A stretch of 64,000 nucleotides of DNA. Origin: a virus. The stretch covers positions 1 to 64,000 of the IMG/VR virus record IMGVR_UViG_3300020045_012645; one strand, 5' to 3'. Below the pieces are notes generated by a model, which was given only the letters and a program-made list of their open reading frames with translations, did no database searches and was not told the origin of the DNA. A program made the translations under genes and the position numbers. Below, one piece after another: positions 9,154 to 19,148 of the stretch (within the stretch, counting starts at the first letter, position 1; each line of letters starts with the position of its first letter).

Positions 9154-12100
9154 ATAGTTTTATAGAAAATGTAAACTACTTGGCTGGTTTAGATAATAAA
9201 TATGGAGATAGATGCGAGTTCTTAAAAACAAATTTATCGTTAAGAAATGTTCAAAATAATATAACTTTTAAAGCTAGTTATTTTGTATATGAAACTATGA
9301 GTATACAGTCAGTTGAGTATTCAATGTCTGGAGCTATATATTCTGATTTAAATGCAATATTTACTGAATTTAAAAATGTAGTTGATGCAACTGGATATTT
9401 TACCTCTGATTTTACATTATCAGATAATAACAATGGATTTTTAGTACATAGTATAGCATTTAATATTAATAGTATAAATACAAAAGTAAAATTATCTGAT
9501 ATAGAATTCACAGCAACTCAAACAGTTGGTGGATTACAAATATATCATTTACATGGAAATGTAATTAATAGTTTAAAAATTTTACCAACACTTGCACTAT
9601 TTGATCAATCAATATTAGATGGTGTTATAGCAGTTGGACAATATCCAGATGAAGTTGTAACTGTTTCCAATAATATTGGAAGTGTTGCTGTTGTTTCTAC
9701 TAATATTGCAAATATAAATAATGTTGGGAATAGCATAGCAAATGTTAATACAGTAGGTGTAAATATTTCTAACGTAAATACTACTGCTACTGATATAACA
9801 AATGTTAATTCAGTTGCTGGAAGTATTACAAATGTAAATACTGTATCAACAAATATTACTGATGTAAATACTGTTTCAGATAATATTTCAAATGTAAATT
9901 CTACTGGAAGTAATATATCAAATGTAAATATAGTTTCTACTAGTATTGCAAATGTTAATGCTGTTGGAACTAACATATTAGATGTTAATACAGTATCAAC
10001 AAATATTATTGATGTTGTTGCTGTTGGAGATAATATTGGAAATGTTGTAACCGTTAGTGGAAGTGTTAATAATATAAATACAATAGCACCTAGTATAGCA
10101 AACGTTGATTTAGTTGGTCCAGATATATCAAGTGTAGTAATCGTTGCAAATAATATTGGTGCTGTAGTTACAGATGCAAATAATATTGGAAATATAAATA
10201 TAGTTGCAAATGATTTAAGTTTGTCTGGATATTCAAATTTATTAGATGCTGGAAGTATAGTTGATAGTGTTATTTCTGATCCAGTTGGTATATCAGTTAT
10301 TGAAACAGTTGCAGAAAATATTGTAAATGTAAATAACACTGGTTCTAGTATTACTAATGTAAACACAGTTGGAAATAATATAACAAATGTAAATTTAGTA
10401 GCAACTCAAATTGTACCAAATTTGGCTGAGATTTTATTAGCAGATGATAACGCAGCAACTGCTACTATAAAAGCAGCAGAAGCTTTAGCTAGTGAAAATA
10501 AAGCACATAAGTGGGCTGATGAATTAGAAAATGTTCCAGTTGTTGGTACAATTGGATTAGATGATGAATATAGTGCATATCACTGGGCTAAGAAAGCAGA
10601 AGCTGCAGCAGGTGGAAGTATCACATTAGATAGTTTGTATGATGTTGATGCTACTGGTGTTTTAGATGGTGGAATATTAAGATATGATACTACAACAAGT
10701 ACGTGGGTTGATTATGATTTTAATAATAATCCTATATTAGGTTTGGATAAAACATATGCTGGATTAACTCTTGAGGGTCAAATAACTTGGAATAGTACCG
10801 AAGGTACAGCTAATTTAGGATTGCCAAGTGGAAGTACTCTGCAGATTGGACAAGAAAATATTAGAACAATTAGAAATTCAACTGCAATTACCATAGAAAA
10901 TGGAACATTATGTATGTTCGATGGAACAATTGGAAATAGTGGAAGAATAAAGGTTAAACCATTTACTGCTGGGTTCAATGAAGCAATGTATTTATATGGA
11001 GTAGCAACACAAGATATCATATCTGGTACTGATGGCATAATTACTATTGAAGGTAAAGTTAGAGGTATTGATACTACTGGGGCATCTGTAGGCGAAGTAT
11101 GGGCTGATGAAGATATATTGTATGCTAAACCAAACGATAACGGAATGATGACAAATGTTATGCCTGCAGATAATGAATTGAAATTGGTTGTTGCAACGGT
11201 AATTCATGCACATTCTACAAATGGAATATTAGAAATAAGATTTACTCCAATGAACGAGAATGCAATATATAATTTGTATTCAAATGCTGGAGATATTCTA
11301 GTTGGTACAGGTGAGCACTCTGCGTCAATATTGCAAAAAGGATTGCCAACTCAAGTATTGAGAGTTAAGGCTGACGGAAGCGGATTAGAGTTTTCTTCAC
11401 CATCTGCCGCAACTATAGGTACAGATACAACTTTATATTTAGATGCAACATCTGCGTTTTCAGATAATTTATCTTTATCTGGAATTCCTTCTATTTATTC
11501 TGAACAAACTAGTACTTCTACTATTTCTTCTGGAAGTGTTGGATTCTTAGAAAGATTTGTGTCTGCTCCTCTTGGAGTAAACACAATACCAGCTGGTACA
11601 TGGACATTTAATACATATGCATCAGTTGATAGTAGTGTTGGTATATCTAATATTATTATAAGAGTTAATAGAAGAATTGATAAACATGGGATGACTGCAA
11701 CGTTTACTGGCTCTGGACTAACTAGAACATTGACTGTTACAGGCGGAAATCCGTTTTATCCGTCTGATGCAACATCTAGTGTTTTGACGGCAACACTTAT
11801 TGAAACACCAACACAAACTGCATGGATCAATAGTTATATTTCTAGTAATCAGGTTGTAGTTACGGTTACTGATATTGGATATGTAAATGAGACAAACGTA
11901 TCTTTTAGTGGACTGTATTACTTGGTTTTATCTGATACATCTAGTGAACTTGCGGTTGGGGTAGATTTTTATCAAAATACAACAGTTTTTGGCGAGATTA
12001 TTGTTGATCCAGAAGACAGACTTGTTGTTGCATATTTTTGTCAAACAAGCAGTGTAAACAGAATAATTACGCTATACTACGGAGGAGAATCAAGATATAG

Positions 12101-12215
12101 CAATATTATTATTCCATCTTTACTTGATGTGTATACAAAAGCTGAAACAGATGGACTTATTGATGGACTTGTTCCGCTAAGTGGAGATTTTATTTTAGAT
12201 TTAGGAGGCTTATAA
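9150..12215 (+). CDS. Long tail fibre/appendage protein with 14-aa N/V/I repeats
   Basis: Many NIxNVNxVxx repeats, YSAYHWAKKA, LDSLYDVD motif; tail gene locus. Confidence 0.8.
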   Translation: MNSFIENVNYLAGLDNKYGDRCEFLKTNLSLRNVQNNITFKASYFVYETMSIQSVEYSMSGAIYSDLNAIFTEFKNVVDATGYFTSDFTLSDNNNGFLVHSIAFNINSINTKVKLSDIEFTATQTVGGLQIYHLHGNVINSLKILPTLALFDQSILDGVIAVGQYPDEVVTVSNNIGSVAVVSTNIANINNVGNSIANVNTVGVNISNVNTTATDITNVNSVAGSITNVNTVSTNITDVNTVSDNISNVNSTGSNISNVNIVSTSIANVNAVGTNILDVNTVSTNIIDVVAVGDNIGNVVTVSGSVNNINTIAPSIANVDLVGPDISSVVIVANNIGAVVTDANNIGNINIVANDLSLSGYSNLLDAGSIVDSVISDPVGISVIETVAENIVNVNNTGSSITNVNTVGNNITNVNLVATQIVPNLAEILLADDNAATATIKAAEALASENKAHKWADELENVPVVGTIGLDDEYSAYHWAKKAEAAAGGSITLDSLYDVDATGVLDGGILRYDTTTSTWVDYDFNNNPILGLDKTYAGLTLEGQITWNSTEGTANLGLPSGSTLQIGQENIRTIRNSTAITIENGTLCMFDGTIGNSGRIKVKPFTAGFNEAMYLYGVATQDIISGTDGIITIEGKVRGIDTTGASVGEVWADEDILYAKPNDNGMMTNVMPADNELKLVVATVIHAHSTNGILEIRFTPMNENAIYNLYSNAGDILVGTGEHSASILQKGLPTQVLRVKADGSGLEFSSPSAATIGTDTTLYLDATSAFSDNLSLSGIPSIYSEQTSTSTISSGSVGFLERFVSAPLGVNTIPAGTWTFNTYASVDSSVGISNIIIRVNRRIDKHGMTATFTGSGLTRTLTVTGGNPFYPSDATSSVLTATLIETPTQTAWINSYISSNQVVVTVTDIGYVNETNVSFSGLYYLVLSDTSSELAVGVDFYQNTTVFGEIIVDPEDRLVVAYFCQTSSVNRIITLYYGGESRYSNIIIPSLLDVYTKAETDGLIDGLVPLSGDFILDLGGL

Positions 12216-12218
12216 TAC

Positions 12219-13091
12219 ATGGCTAAACAAGTACAATTTAGGGGCGGCACAACTGCTCAACATTCCGTATTTACTGGAGCTAATAGAGAAATAACAGTTG
12301 ATACAGACAAAGATACTCTTGTTGTTCATGATGGAACAACTGTTGGTGGATTTCCATTAGCTAGAGAAAGTGTTGTAACAAGTGGATTATCTACAAAGGT
12401 AGACAAAAATACTGATATCGCTGGAGGAACTGGAACTAAAGTTACGTATGATTCAAAAGGATTAGTAACATCAAGTACTACTCCGACTACAATTGCTGGT
12501 TATAGTATTTTAGATGTATATACAAAAACTGAAGTAGATAATAAAATTGCTGAATTAGTAGATTCTGCTCCAGGAACATTGGATACATTAAATGAGCTTG
12601 CTGCTGCACTCGGAGATGATCCGAACTTTGCAACAACAGTTACAAATAGTATTGCAACAAAAGTAGTTAAAAATACTGATATAACTGCTGGAACAAATAC
12701 TAAGATTACTTATGATGCTAAAGGTCTAGTTACTGATGGGAGCACACCTACAACATTAGCTGGATACAGTATAGCAAATGCTTACACTAAGACAGAAGTT
12801 GATTCAGCCCTGGCTCTGAAAGTTGATGACACTGAAATTACTAGTGTTAATTTACTAAGAGCAGATAAATATTTATCTGCACAAAATGTAGTAAAGATGA
12901 CATATGATGTTAATAAAAAATTAATAAAAGTACAGTATAATAATGCAACAGATGTAGACTATGAAGTATTATCATATACTGATGGAAAACTTACAAATGT
13001 AGCACATTATGTAGGTAGTGTATTAAAAGGTAATACGGTTTTAACATATGCTGGTGGTTTATTAGACAATGCACCATTCATAGCAGTATAA
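12219..13091 (+). CDS. Tail fibre protein (Mtd/hyaluronidase-like N-terminus)
   Basis: VQFRGGTTAQHSVFTGANREITVDTDKDTLVVHDG; KVTYDSKGLVT repeats; APGTLDTLNELAAALGDDPNFA. Confidence 0.85.
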   Translation: MAKQVQFRGGTTAQHSVFTGANREITVDTDKDTLVVHDGTTVGGFPLARESVVTSGLSTKVDKNTDIAGGTGTKVTYDSKGLVTSSTTPTTIAGYSILDVYTKTEVDNKIAELVDSAPGTLDTLNELAAALGDDPNFATTVTNSIATKVVKNTDITAGTNTKITYDAKGLVTDGSTPTTLAGYSIANAYTKTEVDSALALKVDDTEITSVNLLRADKYLSAQNVVKMTYDVNKKLIKVQYNNATDVDYEVLSYTDGKLTNVAHYVGSVLKGNTVLTYAGGLLDNAPFIAV

Positions 13092-13100
13092 GGAGATAAG

Positions 13101-13928
13101 ATGGATATAATTTCATTTAATGAAGCTGCTACAGCTAACAGTAGAATAGAAAAATTTAATGCAAATCCAGATAGTACATCTGGAGTAGTAACAACTCCTA
13201 AAGTAATTGCTGCTGGAGAAACAATCACAATTCCTACTGGAAGAATGGCTGTGCTACCTAATTTACAAATAGACGGTACATTGGATATTCAAGGTGATGT
13301 ATTTATACCAAGTGGTAGTACGTTTGGAGATTTAGAATCTCAGATTGCATTAAAAGCACCATTGGCTAGTCCAGCATTTACTGGTACACCAACTGCACCT
13401 ACACAAACTGCTAGTGATAATTCAACTAAGTTAGCAACAACAGCTTATGTTGATGGCAAGTTTACAAGAGGTACAGCAGTAGCAGCAAGTGGTACAAGTA
13501 TTGACTTTACTGGGATACCATCTTGGGTTAAAAAAATTACTGTTATGATTGATAGTGTAAGCACAAATGGAGCTTCTATCCCTCAAATACAAATAGGCTC
13601 TGTTGCAATACAAACAAGTGGTTATGCTGGTGTTGGAGCAACTTGTTTGTCTGGGAATGTACCACTTAATATCAACAGTACAACAGGTTTTATGATTGGA
13701 GCTGATGGCAATGCTACATACATAAGACAAGGAATCGCGACACTAGTAAATATATCAGGAAATAAGTGGTGTTTTAGTTATTTAGGCGGAATGAGTCATG
13801 CATCATATTTTCTTTTAGGCTCAGGAGTAGCTACTCTTTCAGGTGAACTTGATAGAATCAGAATAACAACAGTAAATGGAACAGATACATTTGATGCTGG
13901 AACAATTAATATACTTTACGAAGGATAA
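13101..13928 (+). CDS. Tail fibre / receptor-binding protein 1
   Basis: APLASPAFTGTPTAPT..DNSTKLATTAYV fibre motif; C-terminal FDAGTINILYE. Confidence 0.85.
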   Translation: MDIISFNEAATANSRIEKFNANPDSTSGVVTTPKVIAAGETITIPTGRMAVLPNLQIDGTLDIQGDVFIPSGSTFGDLESQIALKAPLASPAFTGTPTAPTQTASDNSTKLATTAYVDGKFTRGTAVAASGTSIDFTGIPSWVKKITVMIDSVSTNGASIPQIQIGSVAIQTSGYAGVGATCLSGNVPLNINSTTGFMIGADGNATYIRQGIATLVNISGNKWCFSYLGGMSHASYFLLGSGVATLSGELDRIRITTVNGTDTFDAGTINILYEG

Positions 13929-13930
13929 AT

Positions 13931-14437
13931 ATGCTTACACAAGAAAGATTAAAAGAACTATTTGTGTATAACCCAGACACAGGTGAGTTAATAGTTGCCA
14001 AAAATAGAAAAGGCAGCTCTAAGAAAATTGGAATGATAGCAGGGAGTATTACTAAAGCTGGATATATTGAGATAGATATTGATACAAAAAGATATACAGT
14101 ACATAGATTAGCCTTCTTATATATGAACGGAAAATTTCCAGATAATGTAGTAGACCATATAAATGGTGTTAAAGATGATAATAGATTTTCTAATTTAGTA
14201 GAGTGTAGTCAGGCAGATAATAGACAAAATGTTATAAAAATAAAAAGTACAAATACTACTGGTTTTACTGGGGTATTTGTATATAAAGATAAGTATAGAG
14301 CAAAAATAAATATAGATGGAAAACAAGTCCATCTTGGTGAGTTTGATACTAAGGAATTAGCATCCGAAGCATATCAAAAAGCAAAAAGTAGCCTACATAC
14401 ACATTTTAGAAAAATACAAATGAGGGGTAACAAATGA
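13931..14437 (+). CDS. HNH homing endonuclease with AP2-like domain
   Basis: MLTQERLKELFVYNPDTG, VHRLAFLYM, DHINGVKDDNRFSNL, NTTGFTGV, HLGEFDTKELA. Confidence 0.9.
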   Translation: MLTQERLKELFVYNPDTGELIVAKNRKGSSKKIGMIAGSITKAGYIEIDIDTKRYTVHRLAFLYMNGKFPDNVVDHINGVKDDNRFSNLVECSQADNRQNVIKIKSTNTTGFTGVFVYKDKYRAKINIDGKQVHLGEFDTKELASEAYQKAKSSLHTHFRKIQMRGNK

Positions 14438-14706
14438 GAATAGAAGTTAATATAGATGGAACTATAACTGAGCATGAAGACGCACCAGTAACTGAAAGAA
14501 GTCAAGAAGAAATTGAATTTGAGACTCTTCAAGCTAAGATTCAAGAAGCAGATGTGTATTTAGCTCAAACTGATTGGGTAGAAACTTATAAAATTAGACA
14601 TGACTTAGGATTAGAGTTAATTCCTGAAGATAGTTCTAAATGGTTAGTAATAAATAAAAGAGAAGAATATAAATTATTCTTAAGAACTTTAGAAGGAGTT
14701 AATTAA
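14434..14706 (+). CDS. Tail fibre assembly chaperone-like protein
   Basis: YLAQTDW motif; follows fibre 1. Confidence 0.65.
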   Translation: MRIEVNIDGTITEHEDAPVTERSQEEIEFETLQAKIQEADVYLAQTDWVETYKIRHDLGLELIPEDSSKWLVINKREEYKLFLRTLEGVN

Positions 14707-15236
14707 TGTCAACTGGAAATTTTAATATACAATCGTCAGGCGGAGGAATAATAAATGTAAAAGCACCTGAAGCTATTGCAATAAACGGTACTGTAACGTT
14801 TCCTAGTTCTGGTACGTTAGCAATTACTGATAGTCCAGTATTTACAGGAACTCCAACATTACCTACTGGTACTATTGGAATTACTCAAGCATCTGGAGAC
14901 AATTCAACTAAATTAGCAACTACTGCTTTTGTTACAGGACAAGATTTAGGGGTAGGACAGACTTGGCAAGATATGACAGCAAGTAGAACTGTTGGAGTTA
15001 CCTACACCAATACAACTGGAAAACCAATCACAGTGTGTTTATCCATTGATATTTCTGGTGCAGCCGGAGCTTTATATCGGGCAGCTGTTTCTGGCATAGT
15101 AGTATGGGATACTAAAGCATCATCTGCATATCAAGATTATGTTAATATTTTTTTAATAATTCCAACTGGCGGTACATATTCCGTTACACAAACTGCTGGG
15201 ACATATGCAATTATGATATGGACAGAGTTAAGATAA
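14706..15236 (+). CDS. Tail fibre / receptor-binding protein 2
   Basis: SPVFTGTPTLPT..DNSTKLATTAFV; GVGQTWQDMTASRTVGVTYTNTTGKPI. Confidence 0.85.
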   Translation: MSTGNFNIQSSGGGIINVKAPEAIAINGTVTFPSSGTLAITDSPVFTGTPTLPTGTIGITQASGDNSTKLATTAFVTGQDLGVGQTWQDMTASRTVGVTYTNTTGKPITVCLSIDISGAAGALYRAAVSGIVVWDTKASSAYQDYVNIFLIIPTGGTYSVTQTAGTYAIMIWTELR

Positions 15237-15247
15237 TGGAGAATAAA

Positions 15248-15532
15248 ATGAAATACTACATAAATAAAAATAAAGAAATCTTCGGATTTGAATTAGATGG
15301 TTCACAAGACCACTTAATAAAAGATGATATGAGTCCAATTAGTTTAGAAGAAATAGAAGCTATTAATAAAGCTAAAGAGGATGAAGTTAAACAGACTATT
15401 GAGTATAAAAAAGCAGAAGCTTTAGCATACTTAGCAAGTACTGATTGGTATGTAACAAGAAAACTTGAAAAAGGTATTGAGATACCTGAAGAAGTAACTA
15501 AAAAGAGAGATGAAGCAAGAGAGATTGCTTAA
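15248..15532 (+). CDS. Tail fibre assembly chaperone-like protein
   Basis: MKYYIN..FGFELDGSQD; YLASTDWYVTRKLE. Confidence 0.7.
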   Translation: MKYYINKNKEIFGFELDGSQDHLIKDDMSPISLEEIEAINKAKEDEVKQTIEYKKAEALAYLASTDWYVTRKLEKGIEIPEEVTKKRDEAREIA

Positions 15533-16122
15533 TGATTGAAATAATCCTAAACAGATTAAGAGGTACAGGTAATGTGTTCTGGAAGATAACAGGACTACAC
15601 CTGTACGCTCTGTACGTATTCGTTGGAATAACAATGTTAAGTACTTGGTACTATGGATTAATAGCAGCTGGACTGTTTATCGCAGGAGAGAGCTTCTCTT
15701 GGGGTAAATGGGTAGGCTACTTAGTTGATTATGAAAATGAACATGAACCAGAATATAGTAGCAAGGTAGGAAAGGGTTTTCCATATATACACTATATAGC
15801 AGATACAATAGTAAGTGAAAAGAAAGACTACAAACTGTATTGTCAAGTTGCGTTATCGATTAGAGGATTCGTATGGTGGACTCCACTTGTAGTGTTTCTA
15901 GGTGTGACAGGACTGATTGATTGGTTAATAGTAGTTTCGAGTATATTAATGCTTAGTTTTGGATTTCCATTGGCTTGCATTATAGGTAGAAATTGGAAGT
16001 ACAATAGAAAGTTTAGAGTGTTAGAGTTTAGACGAGGATGGGAAAATCAAGAGATAGTGTATGGACTTATACAGTTTTTATGTATAACATTACCACTAAT
16101 AATTACAAAATATATAGTTTAG
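15532..16122 (+). CDS. Multi-pass membrane protein
   Basis: Several hydrophobic segments. Confidence 0.7.
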   Translation: MIEIILNRLRGTGNVFWKITGLHLYALYVFVGITMLSTWYYGLIAAGLFIAGESFSWGKWVGYLVDYENEHEPEYSSKVGKGFPYIHYIADTIVSEKKDYKLYCQVALSIRGFVWWTPLVVFLGVTGLIDWLIVVSSILMLSFGFPLACIIGRNWKYNRKFRVLEFRRGWENQEIVYGLIQFLCITLPLIITKYIV

Positions 16123-16218
16123 AACCAGATTTTTCTCTCTGGTTCTTCATATTAATTTAAGTATATCTTTGATAATATAAATTTTAATAAATAATTAAGT
16201 AGGGATATAATTTTACCA

Positions 16219-16926
16219 ATGAACTATACTAACTCAATAAAATCAATGCTTACAAATATTTTACATGCAATAAATATATTTGATATACCTAGTTTGACTA
16301 GACAGATTAGTTGTGATGTTAAGCATATAAAGGCTTGTTACAATGATAGTAAAGCTGCAATAGAACAATATAGGAAAGATTTAGAAGAAGAACGAGAAAG
16401 CAGAATTAAAGAACAAAATTTGTTTGTTAGTGTATTGGATCACCTTGATGATATGGTTTGGTCAAAAGATATGAACGGAAGATATATAGTTGCAAACAAA
16501 GCATTTAGAGAAAAATTCTGTTACGGAATTAGTTGGAACGAACTACAAGGAAAAAATGATATTGAACTAGCTTTAAAATTTAAAAAATTAGTTGGAGAAG
16601 AAAATCATACATTTGGAGAAGTTTGCTGTAATTCAGATGTTGTAATTCATGAAACAAGACTTCCTAAGAAATTTTTAGAACACGGTAATATAAATGGTAA
16701 ACTAATGAAACTTATAGTAAACAAAAGTCCAGTATATGATCATAATGGTTCAATGTTTGCTACATGTGGTACTGGAACAGATGTTACTGAATTACATGAT
16801 TCTATAGAAAAAGTAGTTAATAATATTAATGATGGATGTTCGTGCTTTCAACATGAAGATGCACAAAAAATATTATTAGAACTTAATAAGTTTAAATTTG
16901 AGGTAGGTGATCATGTCAGAAAATAA
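16219..16926 (+). CDS. Stand-alone PAS-domain protein
   Basis: LFVSVLDHLDDMVWSKDMNGRYIVANKAF...GKNDIEL...VNKSPVYDHNG...GTDVTE (PAS_4/PAC pattern); N-terminal coiled coil. Confidence 0.85.
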   Translation: MNYTNSIKSMLTNILHAINIFDIPSLTRQISCDVKHIKACYNDSKAAIEQYRKDLEEERESRIKEQNLFVSVLDHLDDMVWSKDMNGRYIVANKAFREKFCYGISWNELQGKNDIELALKFKKLVGEENHTFGEVCCNSDVVIHETRLPKKFLEHGNINGKLMKLIVNKSPVYDHNGSMFATCGTGTDVTELHDSIEKVVNNINDGCSCFQHEDAQKILLELNKFKFEVGDHVRK

Positions 16927-17227
16927 TGATGGATATGAAGTATTAAAATATAGAGTTGGTCAACTAGAAGACATGATTCGTCCACTTATGGATTTAGTTA
17001 ACAACCTTGATAAGAAAATAGGGTTATTGACTCAGAAGATAGTTATAGCTACATTATTAGTTGGTGGAGTATTTCAAGGTGCTGGAGTATGGTATAGTGT
17101 TCATGGAGCAAACAAAGAACAATTTACAGAACCAGAGAAGAAAATATATTATGAATCAAGAGTTAGCGACACAGACAAGATTAAATCTCTAGAAGCAGAA
17201 ATAGCTCAATTAAAAATAAAAAAATAA
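16913..17227 (+). CDS. Single-TM coiled-coil protein (holin/antiholin candidate)
   Basis: Coiled coil then IVIATLLVGGVFQGAGVWY; lysis locus. Confidence 0.55.
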   Translation: MSENNDGYEVLKYRVGQLEDMIRPLMDLVNNLDKKIGLLTQKIVIATLLVGGVFQGAGVWYSVHGANKEQFTEPEKKIYYESRVSDTDKIKSLEAEIAQLKIKK

Positions 17228-17239
17228 ATAGGAGATTAC

Positions 17240-17797
17240 ATGGCACCATTATTAATACCAATAATTTCATTACTTGCAGAAAAAGGAATGAGTTTATTAA
17301 GTAAAGCAATAGACTCTGGTTCTGATAAAGCTGTAGAGTTTATTGAAGAAAAGACTGGTCTTAAGCTTACAGAACCAGAGATTAAAAAAATGTCTAGCGA
17401 AGATATTGCTAAACTAAAACAAGTAGAGATTGACTATGAACTTGAATTAATGAGATTAGCATTGGCTGATAAAGTAGAAGATAATAGACATGATGAAGCT
17501 GTAACTGGTGGAGTTATGAATGATAAACAAAATGCTAGAGGTAGTGAGCATTTATATATTCTTCAAACTGATATAGGAAAAAAAATATTTATACAAACAA
17601 GTATAATTATTCCATTATTAATAATGATAGATCTACTTCTTGTTAGTTATGCAAGTGATTTAAAGCTTAGTGAAGCAATGATTGCTGGTGTATCTACACT
17701 TATTGGTATAGCATTGAATAATGCATATAGAGAAAGACAATCAATTATAGAATTTCTTTTTGGAAGTTCTATTGGTTCAAAAATAAAGGATAAATAA
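17240..17797 (+). CDS. Putative holin
   Basis: DKQNAR motif followed by two TM helices and FLFGSSIGSK; adjacent to endolysin. Confidence 0.7.
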   Translation: MAPLLIPIISLLAEKGMSLLSKAIDSGSDKAVEFIEEKTGLKLTEPEIKKMSSEDIAKLKQVEIDYELELMRLALADKVEDNRHDEAVTGGVMNDKQNARGSEHLYILQTDIGKKIFIQTSIIIPLLIMIDLLLVSYASDLKLSEAMIAGVSTLIGIALNNAYRERQSIIEFLFGSSIGSKIKDK

Positions 17798-18249
17798 TGG
17801 CAACATTTGGAAAAAAATCACAAGATAAATTATCTACTGCTCATCCAAAACTACAATTAGTAATGAATGAAGCTATTAAAGCATATGATTTTACAGTATT
17901 GTATGGAAACAGAAGTGTTGACGAGCAATTTGAATTGTATAAGCAAGGTAGACAATTGCAGTCTGATGGAACATGGAAAAAAATTGGAAGTACTGTTACT
18001 GAGCTTGATGGTAAGATTAAAAAATCAAAACATAACTATAGTCCTTCATTGGCTGTAGATATTGCTCCGTATCCAATTGATTGGAATAATATACAAAGAT
18101 TTAAAGATATGGCTAAGGTTGTTTTACAATGTGCTAAAAATTTAAACATTAAAGTTGTTTGGGGAGCAGATTGGGATATGGATGGAAATATTGAAGAACA
18201 TAAGTTCAAAGACTTTCCCCACTTTCAAATTGACGACTCAGAGTTATAA
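17797..18249 (+). CDS. Endolysin, M15 family (L-Ala-D-Glu) peptidase
   Basis: GNRSVDEQFELY, SKHN..SLAVDI, WGADW, DFPHFQ. Confidence 0.92.
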   Translation: MATFGKKSQDKLSTAHPKLQLVMNEAIKAYDFTVLYGNRSVDEQFELYKQGRQLQSDGTWKKIGSTVTELDGKIKKSKHNYSPSLAVDIAPYPIDWNNIQRFKDMAKVVLQCAKNLNIKVVWGADWDMDGNIEEHKFKDFPHFQIDDSEL

Positions 18250-18357
18250 TTACAAGAACTAATGGACTAGGATACGTTAATCAAGAATATAGCCTGATGT
18301 TAAAATTACAATATCTGTTCCATTTAATAAAAGTGTTATAAAATAAAAGTTAAGGAA

Positions 18358-18858
18358 ATGAACATGATGAATATGAAAATAATGGCAATAAGCTCTGGTA
18401 CCGATAACGATAAAGCAATGAAATATGTTAAAGATAATTATAATCTTGGACCAGAAGTGACTTCAATTAAGCCAAACGATAACAAAGAATATTGGATTAA
18501 AATGTCTAAGACATGGAAAGTATCTGAACCTGAAGCCAGAAGAAGATTGTGTGCTAATTGTGAATACTATAATAATACTCCAGAATCCATGGAAGAAATG
18601 GAAAATATTTCATTAAATAAATATGATTTAGATGGTGGTGGAAGAGGATACTGTCACGAATTTGATTTTATATGTCATAATCTTAGAACATGTGAAAATT
18701 GGGAAAAGAAAGAATTCATAAATGAAGACATGAAGTCTGAGCCAAAAGGTCTTGGTAAAATGCATATGATGCCTAATGGAGAAATGATGGCTGATAAAGA
18801 TATGATGAAACCAAACATTAAAAAGAACATGAAAAATAATATGATGGAAGAAATGTAA
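18358..18858 (+). CDS. Cys-rich hypothetical protein with Met-rich tail
   Basis: CANC...YC...IC...TC; MHMMPNGEMM. Confidence 0.7.
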   Translation: MNMMNMKIMAISSGTDNDKAMKYVKDNYNLGPEVTSIKPNDNKEYWIKMSKTWKVSEPEARRRLCANCEYYNNTPESMEEMENISLNKYDLDGGGRGYCHEFDFICHNLRTCENWEKKEFINEDMKSEPKGLGKMHMMPNGEMMADKDMMKPNIKKNMKNNMMEEM

Positions 18859-18859
18859 T

Positions 18860-19033
18860 ATGGAAAAAGGTCTTGGAAGAATAGAAATAAAACCATCGCA
18901 TAAAGGTAGATTTACCGAGTATTGTGGTGGTAAAGTTACTGAAGAATGTATCCACAAAGGCTTAGGTTCTCCAGATGAATCTGTAAGAAAACAAGCACAA
19001 TTTGCTAAAAATGTTAGATTGTTCAAGCATTAA
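18860..19033 (+). CDS. 57-aa basic protein (MEKGLGRIEIKPSHKGRFTEYCGGKVTEECIHKG...FAKNVRLFKH), absent from ORF track
   Basis: Read manually; starts 1 nt after the upstream stop. Confidence 0.75.
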   Translation: MEKGLGRIEIKPSHKGRFTEYCGGKVTEECIHKGLGSPDESVRKQAQFAKNVRLFKH

Positions 19034-19148
19034 TACACTACTCTGGTACTTATGATTAATTCATGTTTTATAACTTAAGATAGTATTAATTGATAAAATA
19101 ATAGAATATGTCAAATAATATAAATATATAATTTCGTTAAGGATATTA

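Noticed and set aside
9605-10366. 253-aa minus-strand ORF and other antisense ORFs (e.g. 6880-7338, 18628-19026, 59175-59633, 61652-62023)
   Set aside because: Shadows of well-supported opposite-strand genes caused by codon bias and repeats.
12219-15236. Diversity-generating retroelement (suggested by Mtd-like N-terminus)
   Set aside because: No reverse transcriptase and no TR/VR pair differing at adenines seen.
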